A DNA stretch of 64,000 nucleotides, taken from NCBI GenBank assembly GCA_963799055.1, contig CAWCVP010000015.1, positions 181,440 to 245,439 of the forward strand, in the 5' to 3' direction. The notes below the pieces were generated by a model. The model was not told where the DNA came from and did not search any database. It worked only from the letters and a program-made list of their open reading frames with translations. Of this stretch, positions 43,467 through 55,300 are shown one piece after another. Each line of letters begins with the position of its first letter. Position 1 is the first letter of the stretch. The DNA comes from an uncultured Candidatus Rokubacteria bacterium (GTDB lineage Bacteria; Methylomirabilota; Methylomirabilia; Rokubacteriales; DASRDR01). The translations under genes and the position numbers were made by a program.

Positions 43467-44261
43467 TTGAGCGCTAGACCGTTGGGAGATACCAGTTACT
43501 TCGCTTCCGGGTGGGACTTCGCCGAGGAGCGTGCGCGTCTGCGCATGCTGGAGGGGGTATACGACCCGGAGACGACGCGCCGCTTGTCGAACATCGGAGT
43601 CACGGACGGTTGGCGGTGCCTCGAGCTCGGAGCTGGTGCCGGTTCCATCGCGCGCTGGCTCGCTGAGCGGGTCGGACCAGCCGGACAGGTGGTTGCCGCT
43701 GACATCGATACGCGCTTCCTTCAGGACCTCGACCTGTCGAACGTCGAGGTGCGGCAGCTCGACATCCGGACTACCGACCTGGAGGACGAGAAGTACGATC
43801 TCATCCACTGCCGGGCACTCCTGATCCACCTCACCGACACGGAGCGCGTCGGCCGGCGGATGGTCGCCGCCTTGCGGGCTGGCGGCTGGCTGCTGGCCGA
43901 GGAGCCCGATCTTACGGCTCGGGTCGCGGTCACTCGCGATCACCCCGATGCCGAGACCTTCGATTCGTTCGTGCGACGGACAACCAAGTGGCACGACTCC
44001 AGATTCGGGAGATCGCTCCCGTTGCTGCTGGATCGGCTGGGTCTCGCGGACTGCGGTAACGAGGTGACGAGCGTTATCGTACGCGGCGGCGAGCCTCGCG
44101 CCCGCTTGTACGTCGAGACCCGCCGGCGCGTCCGCGACGCATACTTCGCCGAGGGCGTCATCTCGCCAGAGGAGTACGAGCGATTCGAACGCGCCCTGCA
44201 CGATCCGGGCTTCGCATTCCTGGATTGCCTGTTCGTGGCGGCATGGGGACGGCGCTCGTGA
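43467..44261 (+). CDS. Class I SAM-dependent methyltransferase
   Basis: SAM motif I CLELGAGAGSIARWLAERVG, then VVAADID...YDLIHCRALLIHL. Confidence 0.75.
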   Translation: MSARPLGDTSYFASGWDFAEERARLRMLEGVYDPETTRRLSNIGVTDGWRCLELGAGAGSIARWLAERVGPAGQVVAADIDTRFLQDLDLSNVEVRQLDIRTTDLEDEKYDLIHCRALLIHLTDTERVGRRMVAALRAGGWLLAEEPDLTARVAVTRDHPDAETFDSFVRRTTKWHDSRFGRSLPLLLDRLGLADCGNEVTSVIVRGGEPRARLYVETRRRVRDAYFAEGVISPEEYERFERALHDPGFAFLDCLFVAAWGRRS

Positions 44262-44460
44262 GCAACACCTCGCCCGTAGCCCGTCCAAGAAACCGGGTGC
44301 GGTGCTGGCAACGCTCCGCACGGCGGCGACCGGCGACCCGCCAGGTCGTCCCTGTGCGCGAAAGTGGCACCTAAAGCGGCACCGGCGGCCGGACGCGATG
44401 GGACGCGCCACGGGATCGGAGCCAGATAACCTCACGTATCATCGGACGAAACGCGCACAC

Positions 44461-44549
44461 GCCGGGGTGGCGAAACTGGAAGACGCGGCGGACTTAAAAT
44501 CCGCTACGTCGCAAGACGTGTGAGGGTTCGACTCCCTCCCCCGGCACCA
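44461..44549 (+). tRNA. tRNA-Leu (anticodon TAA), long variable arm, CCA encoded
   Basis: Acceptor GCCGGGG/CCCCGGC, anticodon arm GCGGA-CTTAAAA-TCCGC, variable stem ACGTC-GCAA-GACGT, T arm GAGGG-TTCGACT-CCCTC. Confidence 0.95.
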
Positions 44550-44868
44550 CCTGGCCGGCACGCCTGGCCCCTCATTAGTCGTGTCGTGCGGACCACGGCG
44601 AGCCGCTCTTCGGTAACCTCGCCCAGGATGCGCACGGCCAGGCCGGGCCCGGGGAACGGCGGGCGCCCACGAACTCCGGGGGGGGGGCCTCCGTCGAGAC
44701 GCGCCAATCATGTCCCGCAGCAGCATCAGCATGCCGATCGAGAGCCCACGAAGATCTCGCCCCCGGGGGCGCGGGGTTACAGCGCACGCAGTTTACGGCT
44801 GCTATGAAATCGCCCAGGGAGCCCGAGCTACGAGCCTGGTGGGTGGCGAGATCCGCCGAGCAGGGGAC

Positions 44869-45981
44869 TAATGATCCTTGCCGAATAAGTTAATGGATTC
44901 GTCAGGTACGATGCCATGTTGAGGCATGGCCAGACGAAGCGAGATGGCGGCGTTGGAAGCGCGCCGCTTCGAGGCGGCGCGTCGGTTTGCCCGCGGCGAG
45001 TCCCAGGCGGCGGTCGCGCGGGCCTTCGGGGTGACCGCGGTCGCGGCCCATCGGTGGTTCCAGGTGTGGCAGGCCGAGCGGCAAGGCCGGGACTGAAGGC
45101 GGCCGGCCGCTTGGGCGCAAGCCGACGCTGGACGCGGCGCAGTTGGCCCAGCTCGATGCGACCCTCCGCCAGGGGCCGCTGGCCCATGGGTTTGCGACCG
45201 ATCTCTGGACGCTGCCCGCGGATCGCCACGGTCCTCGAGCGGCTGACCGGGGTTCGGCACCATCCCGCGCACGTGTGGCGGCTGCTGCAGAAGTTGAACT
45301 GGTCGCTCCAACGGCCGGCCCGGCAAGCCCGCGAACGGGACGAGCGGGCGATTCGGCAGTGGGTCCGGCACCGCTGGCCGCAGGTAAAAAAAACGCCCGG
45401 CGCCGGCACGCATGGCTCGTCTTCCAGGACGAAAGCGGGCTCTCGCAGCTCCCGGTCGTCCGCCGGACCTGGGCGCCCCGCGGCGAAACCCCCGTCCTGA
45501 GGCACACCCTCAATCACTGGCAGCGCGTGTCGGTCGCGGCCGCCCTGGCCTTTCGCTGGGACGGCCGGCGGGTCCGGCTGTACTTCCAGACGCGCCCGAC
45601 CCCCTATCGCGGCCCGGCGGTCGTGGACTTCCTCCGCGCCCTGCGGCGCCACTTCCGCCGCCAGCGGGCGATCCTGCTCTGGGATGGCTTGCCGGCGCAC
45701 CGCGGCCGGGTCGCGCAGCGCTACCTCGTGACGCAACGGCACTGGCTCACGATCGAACGGCTGCCCGCCTACGCCCCGGAACTCAATCCGGTCGAAGCGC
45801 TCTGGGGCAACGTCAAGGGCCAAGAGTGTGCGAACCTGTGCGCGCCCGACCGCCCCGGCCTGGTGCGGCCCCTCCATCGCGGACTGCGGCGCGTGCGGGG
45901 GCGACCCCATCTCGCGTTCAGCTTCCTGGCGCACGCGGGACTCGCGTCTGTGACCATTACTCTATTCGGCAAGGATCATTA
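44869..45981 (+). mobile_element. IS630-family insertion sequence with TA target duplication
   Basis: Terminal inverted repeats TAATGATCCTTGCCGAATA... at both ends (19 identical nt), each starting in a TA dinucleotide. Confidence 0.85.
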
Positions 45982-45982
45982 G
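44944..45982 (+). pseudogene. IS630-family DDE transposase, several frameshifts, one at an A8 run
   Basis: HTH part MAALEARRFEAARRFARGESQAAVARAFGV. Later frames give FATDLWTL..IATVLERLTGVRHHPAHVWRLL, VFQDESG, LLWDGLPAHR and YAPELNPVEALWGNVK (DDE region). The shift at GTAAAAAAAACG (about 45386-45393) could be programmed. Confidence 0.8.
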
Positions 45983-46190
45983 GCGGCTAGGTCTGCAGGG
46001 GTCGCCAGCCGTGCGGGCGGAGATCCCCAGCGCGGAACCGCATCGGGGCGATCACACGGCCACAGGTCCAGCAGGAGCGCGTGGGGCGGCGTCGGCCGGA
46101 GGTGTCGAGCCAAATGGGAGGGGTCACTGTGGTGGAGGTGATTGCTCGTGAAGAGGGTCGACGATGACACACATGTTCCCTTCCAAAGTC

Positions 46191-47015
46191 CTATGCTCGT
46201 GCCGCACGCTGCCCCCACGCTTGGAAGAGCAGATGCGCTAGGACCAGAGTGTCCGGTTGTTCGAGGTGTCTTTGCAGCGCATTGACGAGGTCGGGGAGTT
46301 CCGACGGCGAAAACAACCCCTTCTCCAACATCCTGTCTCGTCCGAGTGCGATGAACCACAGTAGGTGCATCTTGAAGGGATGGCGGTCCTGGTACACCAA
46401 GGCATGGACGTGGGTCTGGACATCGATAAGGCCACCAGCCTTCAGAAGCCCTGGGAGGCGTCGCCCGATGAACAGGTCCTTTCCAAGTTCGCTCCCGATC
46501 ATCTTCCACGCGTCCAACAACCGATCCCACGCCGGGTGTGGCGGCTCGCAGACCCACGACACCGTATCAACCTCTTGAGCAACGACGAAGCCCCCGGGGC
46601 GTGTCAGCCGAATCATTTCGGCGAGGACGGATTCCGGGTCCGGGACATTGATCAACAGCAGGCGTTCGTGAACCAAATCGAAGTGGGAACTTGGTAGTCC
46701 GGTACGTCGGGCGTCGCCCACGACGATCTGCGCGTTCATGAGACCCTGGTCAGCGACCGAGGCCCGAGCGTTCTCGACCATCCGCTCGTCCGAGTCGAGT
46801 CCAAGCGTTTCCCCGGTATGTCCGACCCGCTCTGCGATCAGCGGGACAATCCCGACTGGGCCACAAGCTACATCGAGAGCCCGCCAGCCCGGTTGAATCG
46901 GAATCCGATCAAGCACCCAACGTGTGTGCTCTTCATAGATTCTGGCTTGGAGCCGGAGTCGATCCAGTTCGGCGGAGCTGCTTCCTAGGAAGTAACGGGA
47001 AGGGTCGCCGGTCAC
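46191..47015 (-). CDS. Class I SAM-dependent methyltransferase (paralogous family to 43467..44261)
   Basis: ALDVACGPVGIVPLIAERVG (motif I), LGLDSDERMV, FDLVHERLLLINV. GTGA overlap with the upstream SBP gene. Confidence 0.75.
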   Translation of the reverse strand: MTGDPSRYFLGSSSAELDRLRLQARIYEEHTRWVLDRIPIQPGWRALDVACGPVGIVPLIAERVGHTGETLGLDSDERMVENARASVADQGLMNAQIVVGDARRTGLPSSHFDLVHERLLLINVPDPESVLAEMIRLTRPGGFVVAQEVDTVSWVCEPPHPAWDRLLDAWKMIGSELGKDLFIGRRLPGLLKAGGLIDVQTHVHALVYQDRHPFKMHLLWFIALGRDRMLEKGLFSPSELPDLVNALQRHLEQPDTLVLAHLLFQAWGQRAARA

Positions 47016-48010
47016 TGGATGATCTCATCCGCCCGCGCCAGCACCGCCGGCGGGATCGTGAGGCCGAGGGCCTTCGCGGTCTTGAGGTTGATGACCAGTT
47101 CGAACTTGGTCGGCTGCTCGATGGGCAGATCGGCGGGATTCGCGCCTTTGAGGATTCGGTCGACGTAGGTCGCACTGCGTCGAAACAGGTCGGCAATGTT
47201 GGCTCCGTAAGCCATGAGCCCGCCGAGTTCCGCATACTCCCGGGCGTTAAACATCGTCGGCAGTTGGTGCTTCACGGCGAGGTTGACGATACGTCTTCGC
47301 TCGGTGAAGAACATCGAGCTCTGGAGGATGAGCAAGGCGCCGGGGTGCTCTCTCGTCATTGCGGAGAAGGCGCTGTCGAGTTGATCCGCGCCGTCTACTC
47401 GTACGAGTGGAGCCTCCACTCGCAACGTCCGGGCCGCGGCCGCCGCTGCATTCAACATGTTGCTCGTCGTGGCCTCGCTAAGAGCGCCAGGGTCCCAGAG
47501 GATCGCGACCCGAGTCAGGCCTGGAAGCGCGACCTTCAGCAGGTCCAGGCGCTTGGCCGTGAGTTCCGGGCCGAGACTTGTCATCCCGGTGATGTTCCCG
47601 CCCGGTCGCGCGAGGCTAGCCACGAGTCCGTCGGCAACGGGATCACCCATAACTGGCACGACGATTGGGATCGTACGTGTCGCTCGCTGCGCCGCTCGGG
47701 CATGCGGCGTAGCCCCGGCGAGGATCAGGTCGACATTGAGCCGAACGAGATCATGTGCCAGACTTGGGAACCGCTCCTGCTTTCCATCTGCCGATCTGTA
47801 TTCGATGAGCAGATTCCGACCCTCGACATAGCCTAAGTCCCGTAGGCCTCGCCAGAACGGATCGACTGTCGCCTTAAACTCGGGCGACCCGATTGACGCG
47901 GTCACCAAAAAGCCGATTCGAGCCATGCTCGTCGGTTGCTGCGCATGTGCCGCGAGCGGCTTGGCCAGAACCGTGAGGCCGATCGTGGTGATGAAGGCTC
48001 GCCGATCCAC
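47012..48010 (-). CDS. ABC-transporter-type periplasmic substrate-binding protein, PF04392 (ABC_sub_bind) family, orphan
   Basis: VDRRAFITTIGL..AHAQ signal, then RIGFL....FWRGLRDLGYVEGRNLLIEYRSADGK..RFPSLAHDLVRLNVDLI, IPIV, ASLARPGGNITG, and the C-terminal KILKGANPADLPIEQPTKFELVINLKTAKALGLTIPPAVLARADEII. Confidence 0.8.
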   Translation of the reverse strand: MDRRAFITTIGLTVLAKPLAAHAQQPTSMARIGFLVTASIGSPEFKATVDPFWRGLRDLGYVEGRNLLIEYRSADGKQERFPSLAHDLVRLNVDLILAGATPHARAAQRATRTIPIVVPVMGDPVADGLVASLARPGGNITGMTSLGPELTAKRLDLLKVALPGLTRVAILWDPGALSEATTSNMLNAAAAAARTLRVEAPLVRVDGADQLDSAFSAMTREHPGALLILQSSMFFTERRRIVNLAVKHQLPTMFNAREYAELGGLMAYGANIADLFRRSATYVDRILKGANPADLPIEQPTKFELVINLKTAKALGLTIPPAVLARADEIIQ

Positions 48011-48099
48011 TATCGGATCACCTCGTCCGCCCGCGCGAGCACCGAGGGCGGAGTGGTGAGGCCGAGCGCCTTGGTGCCCTTCAGGTTTGGGCAGCTCAT
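48010..48099 (-). pseudogene. C-terminal remnant (last ~26 aa) of another PF04392 substrate-binding gene
   Basis: NLKGTKALGLTTPPSVLARADEVIR-stop. The stop overlaps the GTG of the intact paralogue, exactly as in the tandem array at 55.9-58.8 kb. Confidence 0.7.
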
Positions 48100-48111
48100 G
48101 CCCGCATCCTC

Positions 48112-48570
48112 CTACAACACCTGAAACACCTGGAAGGTCCGCCCGCTCGCTGCACGCGAGCCAGTGGCGATCGAGCAGATGCGGTTCATCCAGCCGTACT
48201 TGTCCGAGCTCGTCTCGAAGTATGGCGTGGTGCGGAAATAGTACGTCGCCGGGTCGACCGTCTCGCCGCGATTGAGGCGATCGATGACGTCCGGCGGGCC
48301 GTGGCGAAAGCCCTTCCAAGTCATGTAGATATGCTGCTCGTCGTCGGTCTCGAGAGTCAGCCGATGGTCGCCGATCTCCAACACGTGGTCGCGGCGCATG
48401 AGCGACCAGCCGCTGCCGCCCGGCAACACCGTGCCCTTGAGCTTCGGTCCTTCGAAGCTACCGGTGCCGAACCGTGCGATGCGCCGGCCGCCATAGGGCG
48501 TGTCGCCGAGATCGAAGACGTGAACTTCAAGGGTGATCGTGAACAGAAACTCGGTCTTAATCTCAGGCAT
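48112..48570 (-). CDS. DUF3237-family protein
   Basis: MPEIKTEFLFTITLEV...GDTPYGGRRIARFGTGSFEGPKLKGTVLPGGSGWSLMR..D is the typical DUF3237/UPF0311 beta-barrel sequence. RBS AGGTGAGGG. Confidence 0.7.
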   Translation of the reverse strand: MPEIKTEFLFTITLEVHVFDLGDTPYGGRRIARFGTGSFEGPKLKGTVLPGGSGWSLMRRDHVLEIGDHRLTLETDDEQHIYMTWKGFRHGPPDVIDRLNRGETVDPATYYFRTTPYFETSSDKYGWMNRICSIATGSRAASGRTFQVFQVL

Positions 48571-48717
48571 GGAAGCCCTCACCTGCTCGTTGATCGAGCA
48601 TCTGCCGTTTGCTGCGACGTGTGCAGCAGGCGGCTTCTTGGCCGCTGGCTCCGCCTCGGTGGCGAGCGGCGCGGCGAGGAGGGCCCAGGCGAGAAGATGA
48701 CCCTCGAGAACGTCGCG

Positions 48718-48906
48718 TCATCGCTCGACTCCGCGCAGCCGCCTCCGCCTGTCGAGGTAGAAGCCCATGTCCATCTCCCGGTACATGGCTCTCGCGGTCG
48801 TCAGGTGCTCCATGGCCTTCGCGCGGTCCCCGGTCCGCCGGTAGAGCTTGCCGAGGCCGAGGTGGCAGTGGGCGACGAGGGGGCGCATGCCGAGTTCGGT
48901 GGCCAA
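48718..48906 (-). pseudogene. C-terminal TPR fragment of a second AAA/TPR signalling protein
   Basis: ELGMRPLVAHCHLGLGKLYRRTGDRAKAMEHLTTARAMYREMDMGF.. resembles the terminal TPRs of cyclase/ATPase/TPR proteins. No upstream body. Confidence 0.5.
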
Positions 48907-48946
48907 GGGCGAAGGTCTGCAGAGTGCCCGATCCGCATGTTGGGAG

Positions 48947-51900
48947 TCATCTTCCGCCGTGCCGCTCTTCGAGTAGAGCCTTGGCCTCTCTCAAATCCCT
49001 GGTGCCAAGGCCCTCACTGAACCAGCCGTAGACTTCCGCGAGGATCCTTCTGGCCTCGTCGTCTCGCCCCTCGCGGCTCAGCAGACGACTTAGGCTCATC
49101 ACCGCCCGCAACTCTAACGACTTCATGTCACGCACGCGGGCGATGTCGATTGCTCGGCGAAAACAGAGTTCCGCATCTTGGGGGGTATCGAGCGCCCGGT
49201 CGAGAAGCAGCTCGCCCTTGAGGCGATGACGCTCCGATTCGAACCAGGTATTAACGTTCTCCTCAGCCAATTCCGATGCCTCGGACAAGACCCGGAGCCC
49301 CCGATCAGGCTGTCGCTGCTTTCGGTACGCGTCGATGAGCAGACAGAGACAGCGTAGTTCGATCACCCGTGATCCTGCGGCCCTGAGGTCCGTTAGTCCC
49401 CGGTGGAGTTGCGCCAAGCCTTCTTCGCCGCGCCCTTGCTCGACCATGATGCGTCCCATGAGGGTCGTCGGCTCCCATACTGGAAATCCATTCGCGCTTG
49501 CACTCGTCATCACTGCCTCGGCCTTCTCTGCTGCCGCCGAGATCTCGCCTCGGTCGTAGTGAAGCCAGGCCGCGAACATCAGGGCGTCCTGGGTCGTGGA
49601 TGGATGGGACAACTGTCGGGCGAGGGTCAGCGCTTCGTCCACTCTGTTGAGAGCCTGGTCGGCGTATCCGAGCAGCCAGAGTGTCCATGCCGACGTGCCG
49701 TGGCAGCAGACACCCGGGTCGTGACCGCCGTACGCCAAAACGTGGGACCGGTGCTGCCGCGGATCGTACAGGGCCAAACCCTGGTCCAGGTGTACGGTGG
49801 CCGAGGCTGGCTCACCCGTGTTAAGCAACGTCGTCCACAACGCGTGGTGCGCTTGGAGAAGCAGCTCCGAGTCCTTCGCGTCACGGGCCACCTCGAGCAG
49901 CCGCTCCGCCAGGTCGCGTGCCGCTAGGCCCTGCCCCCGATAGTTCTTCACACGCCATAAACCCCAAAGAACGGGAAACAGTCGGGAGCTGTCCTCGAGC
50001 TGGCGGCACAGCTCTCGCGCCTGCGCATACGAGACTTCCGCGTCTGGGGCTCCCGCCCCCCTGAGCGCCACAAGCGCGGTTCCGAGGGCAATGCGAATAT
50101 CGAGAGCCTGTGAGAGCGAGTCTCGACTCTCGGGGAGGTGATTGAAGACCTCCAGTGCCTGTCCGAACCAGGTCACCGCCTCCTGATGAGCAGAGCGTGC
50201 CAGCGCTTTGATTCCGGCCTGCCGGAGATAACACATGGCCTTCCCGCGGAGGCCGGCCTGGAATGAGTGGTGGGCGAGGCGCTCGACTTGCTCGCCGACA
50301 CGATCTGGATAAAGTCGTTCGATAGCGTCCACGATCTGAATGTGGAGGGCGCGCCGTCGGTCCTGGAGCAGGCTGCCGTACGCCACCTCGTGCGTCAGTG
50401 CGTGCTTGAACGTGTACTCGAGGTCGGGAAAGAGGCGAGCCTCGTAGAGAAACTCGCTGGCCTGGAGGCTCGCGAGACCTTGCCGCAGAACATCTTCGGG
50501 AACCTCCGCGATTGCCTGGAGGACGGCAAACGGCACATCCTTGCCGATGACCGCGGCGGCCTGGAGGAGGCGTTTCTCCTCGGCCGCGAGCCGGTCGATC
50601 CGAGCGGCCAGGACCGCCTGGACCGTCGCCGGGACCTGAAGGCTCGGATGCGCATGGGCGAGGCGATAGGCGCCGCGCTCCCCGGCCAGCACCTTCGTCT
50701 CCACCAGCGTGCGGACGCTCTCCTCCAGGAAGAACGGGTTCCCCTCGGTGCGCTCGATCAGGAGGTGTTTGAGCGGCCGAAGGGTAGGGTCCGAGCCCGA
50801 GAGCGCATCCAGCAGGGCCTCGGCGCTCTCAGGCAGCAGGGGATCGAGCCGGAGCTGCGTGTAGTACGTCTTGCTGCCCCAGCGATGCCGTACTCGGGGC
50901 GGTAGTTCACGAGGAGGAGTATCCGGGCCGTCGGCAGGCTCTCGACCAGGCTGTCGAGCAGGGTCTGGGTCTCGCCGTCAATCCAGTGCAGATCCTCGAA
51001 GACTACGAGGAGCGGCTGGACCTGGCTCTCGCGCAGGAGGAGACGCTTGACCGCATCGAGGGTCCGCTGCCGGCGCTGGGCGGATCGAGCGCCTCCCACT
51101 GGGCGTCCTCGACCGGGACGTCGAGCAGAGCCGAGGAAGGCGGGAAGCGTCGGCTTCAGGCTCTCGTCCAGCGTCAGGAGCTTGCCGGTGACCTTCTCGC
51201 GGATCTTGCGTGGTCGTCGCGGTCCTCGATCTGGAAGTAGCCTTTGAGCAGATCGATGACGGGCAGGTACGGCGTCGCCTTGCCGTAGGACACCGAGCCC
51301 GCTTGCACGATGAGCCAGCCGTGGGTGCGGTGGGAGTGGGTGACCTCCCAGACGAGGCGAGACTTCCCGACGCCCGGGTCGCCCACGATCGCCACGAGCT
51401 GGCCGTGGCCGGCCGCCGCGTGCCCGAGTGCCTGGCGCAGCTGCTCCAGCTCGGCGTCGCGCCCGACGAAGCGTGTGAGCCCCCGGGCGGCGGCCGCCTG
51501 GAGCCGCGACCGCACCAGACCAGCCCTGCCAGCTCGTACACCTCGATGGGGTCCGTCAGCCCCTTCACGGGCACCGGTCCGAGGGGTTTGACCTCGACGT
51601 AGCCTTCCGCCAGCCGCAACGTGTCCGCCGTTAGCAGGGTCACGCCCGGCCGGGCGAGCTGCTCCATCCGGGCGGCCAGATGCGTGGTCTGGCCCACCGC
51701 GGAGTAGTCCATGCGGAGGTCGCGAGCCGATGGCGCGGACGACCACCTCGCCGGAGTTGAGCCCGACCCGGATCTGCACGTCGACCCCGTGGGTGCGGCG
51801 GAGCTCCTCGGCGTACCGGCGCAGGGCGGCCTGCATGTCGAGCGCGGCGTAGCAGGCCCGCACGGCGTGATCCTCGTGGGCGACCGGCGCACCGAACAGC

Positions 51901-52327
51901 GCCATGATCCCGTCGCCCATCACCTGGTTGACGGTGCCCTCGTAGCGGTGGACGGCCTCCATCATCCGCTCGAGGACCGGGTCGAGGAGCTTCCGCGCCT
52001 CCTCGGGATCACGGTCGGCGAGCAGCTCCATCGAGCCCTTGAGGTCGGCGAAGAGGACCGTGACCTGCTTGCGCTCGCCCTCGAGGGCAGCTCTTCGAGG
52101 TGAGAATCTTCTCGGCGAGGTGCTTGGGGGTGTAGGTGTCAGGCGAGGGAAAGCGTCGGTCCGAATCGGCCTGGTCACCGACCGCGTGACCGCATTTGTT
52201 GCAGAATCGAGACCCTGTCGGGAGGTCGCTGCCGCAGGAGGCGCATCGCAGACCGAGGCGGGCTCCGCACCCGAGGCAGAAATTGCGACCCGGCGGGGTT
52301 CTCGTGCTGGCACCGGGGGCACCTCAT
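48947..52327 (-). CDS. Multidomain signalling protein: double zinc ribbon, class III adenylate/guanylate cyclase, AAA (STAND-type) ATPase and TPR array; frame broken at least four times
   Basis: Start [11 protein letters not shown]....[20 protein letters not shown]. Cyclase [19 protein letters not shown]...[18 protein letters not shown]...[13 protein letters not shown]-loop [15 protein letters not shown] and [12 protein letters not shown]. Long TPR region ending ...[11 protein letters not shown]. Confidence 0.8.
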
Positions 52328-55300
52328 TGCTGTGGAGGCGCCCCTTCGCCGTGGTCGCTCGCACTCCCGCCGTCAAGCCGAACGGGCAGCGTGAAGCTGA
52401 ACGTCGACCCCTGGCCCACCTGGCTCTCGACCCAGATCCGCCCCCCGTGCAGCTCCACGAACTTCTTGGCAAGCGTCAGCCCGAGCCCCGTGCCCTCCTG
52501 CTTCCGGGCGTCCTCCCGGCCGACCTGGCGGAACTCCTCGAAGATGGCCGCCTGGTCCTCGGGCGCGATCCCGATCCCGGTGTCGCTGACGGCGATCGTG
52601 ATGGCGCCGTCGGCCGCCGTGGCGGTGACGCCGACCCGGCCGCCCTCCGGGGTGAACTTGACCGCATTGGAGAGGAGGTTCAGCAGGATCTGCTTCACCT
52701 TCCGCTCGTCCGCGACGATGTCGCCCACTGCGGGGTCGACATGCTGGGTGAGCGTGATCCCGTGCCGGGTCGCCCGCTCCCGGACCAGGGTCAGCGCGTT
52801 GTCCAGGGCGGTGGGCAGATGGAACGGCCCGAGCTCCAGCTCCAGCCGTCCGGCCTCCACCTTGGACAGGTCGAGGATGTCGTTGATCAAGGAGAGGAGG
52901 TGCCGGCCGGAGGACAGGATGTCCTGGAGGTACTCGGCCTGCTTCTCGTTCACGTCGCCGAACATCCGCTCGGCCAGCACTTCCGAGAAGCCGAGGATCG
53001 CGTTCAGGGGCGTCCGGAGCTCGTGGGACATGTTGGCGAGAAACTCGCTCTTGTGGCGGCTGGCCGCCTCGAGCTGCCGGCTCTTGTCCGCGATCTCGCG
53101 GAAGAGCCGGGCGTTTTGGATGGCGAGGGCGGACTGGGTGGCGAAGGTCTGGAGCAGCTCGATGACCTCCGGCGCGAACGCACCTGGCGTCTTCTTGTTG
53201 ACCGTGAGCCCGCCGATCAGCTCGTCTTCACGTAGCATCGGGACAGCGAGCAGGGCCCGAGTCCCCGTGCGGAGGAGGATGTCGCGGAGGGGCCCGCGAT
53301 AGGCCTCCTCAACGGCGATGTCAGGAATCTGGACCGGCTGGCGCGTCAGTGCCATGCGGCCCTGGATGCCCTCACCTTTGCGGGTTGGCGTGCGCCGAGA
53401 GAGGGCCACCACCTCCTCGTCCAGGTTGTGGGTGGCGCGGAGGTGGAACGCTTCGGTCGCCTCCTCGTACTCGTAGACGGAGCAGGCGTCGGTCCCGGCC
53501 AGCTGGCTGGCGCGCGTCACGATGGTCTGGAGCACCGTGTCCAGATCGAGCGTCGAGCTGAGCGCCCGGCCAACATCGCCAAGCGCCGTGAGCTGCCCCA
53601 CTGAGCGCGTCAGCTGAGTCGTTCGTTCTTGCAGTTCGTTGAGCAGACGTGCGTTTTCGATGGCGATGGCCGCCTGATCGGCAAAGGTCTCCATCAGCGC
53701 GATCTGCTGTCGGTGAAGGGCAGGACATGGTCTCTGTAGATGAAGATCACACCCAGCAGGTCATTCGCTCGGAGCATTGGCACTGCCAGCACCGTTCGGA
53801 AGCGAGCTCACCTGAACCGCGCCATAGGTGTACTCGGCGTCGCTCTGCGCATCGTGAATGTGGATGGTGCGTCGTTCGAGGGCAGCACGCGCCGAGCCTG
53901 ACTGGCGTCCTGGGGCTATCGGATTCAGCTCGAGGAAGGCGCGGGTCTCAGAGGAGGCATTGTAGGTGGCCACGACTCGCAAGATGCGACCATCGAAGCG
54001 AAAGATGCTGGATTGCTTCGCTCCGCACAGAGTCACCGCGTTCTCGGCCAGAGTCTCGAAGACCGGCTGGAGATCGAACGTGGACCGACCGATCACCTTG
54101 AGCAGCTCGCTGGTGGCTGTCTGTTGCTCCAGAGATTCGCTCAGTTCCCGATTCCGCACCCCCAGCTCCGTGAACAGCCGCACGTTCTCGATCGCGATCA
54201 CCGCCTGATTGGCGAACGTCTCCAGGAGCGCGATCTGCTTGACGGAGAAGGGACTGGGCTCGGGTCCCCGATTGATAAAGAGGACGCCCAGCGGGATGCC
54301 TTCACGCAACAGTGGCGTCCCCGCCATGGTCCGAATCGTGGCCCCGCCTGTTCTGGCGCGGGACACGGTTGCCGGGAATTCCGCCTCGGCCGCCAGGATG
54401 TCCTCGACCTGGATGGTCCGCCGATCGAGCACCACTCGTCCGCCGACCCTGTCGCGACTTACCGGAACGGAATCTCCAATCGCATATGCGGTGCGCAGCG
54501 GTCCATGCCGGGCCATCAGACGCAGGTGTTTGTCCTCTAACCGCCAGATCGACGTATCCATCGCCCCGCACACCCGGGCGGCGTTCTCGACGACGGCCTC
54601 CATGACCGGCTGAAGGTCGGTCGGCGAGCTTGCGATCACCCGCAGGATCTCGCTCGTCGCGGTCTGCTGATCTAGCGCTTCCCTGGTCTCGTTGAACAGC
54701 CGCACGTTCTCGATGGCGATCACGGCCTGGGCCGCAAAGGCTTGCAGCAGAGCAAGCTGCCGGTCGGGGAAGCGCCCCGGCTCCCGTTTGGCGACGGAGA
54801 TGGCACCGATGGGTGTTCCCCCTTGCAGCATCGGCACCGCAATCAGGCTCCGGAAGCCGACTTGGCTCTGCACCTCGGCGTTCCAGGCGGTTCGCTCGGG
54901 ATCCAGCTCGAGGTCCGGGACATGAACTACAGAGCAGTCCAAGATCGCTCGCATGGCCACCACGCCTCGGTGAGGGCGCATCGGAAAATGTCGCTTGAAC
55001 GCCGCGAGTACCGCCGGTGGGAAGTTGTGCGCGGTAACGACCTCGACGAGCTCGCCATCGTACCGGTAGATGCCTCCGAACAACCCGCCACACAGCTTCA
55101 CCGCGCTGGCGAGGATCGCATCAAACACGGGCTGGACGTCGGTCGGCGAACTCGAGATGACCTGGAGGATGTCCCCGGTCGCTGTTTGCTGCTCCCGTGC
55201 CTCACTCAGGGCGCTCGTGATCTCCGCATATGACGGCGCTGGGGGGCCACTGGATTGGCCGTGAGGGGCGTGCCGCACGCCTCGCAGAACGTCGCCTGCG

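Noticed and set aside
44677-44686. G10 homopolymer, the longest in the window, considered as a phase-variation tract
   Set aside because: It lies in a degenerate gene-fragment zone with no intact ORF or promoter to switch. Given the indel-prone assembly, its length is also unreliable.
44550-44868. Integrase remnant expected next to tRNA-Leu
   Set aside because: All six frames were read. Only short fragments resembling a membrane or ABC-type protein (…[14 protein letters not shown]…, …[14 protein letters not shown]…) are visible, and nothing resembles a tyrosine or serine recombinase.
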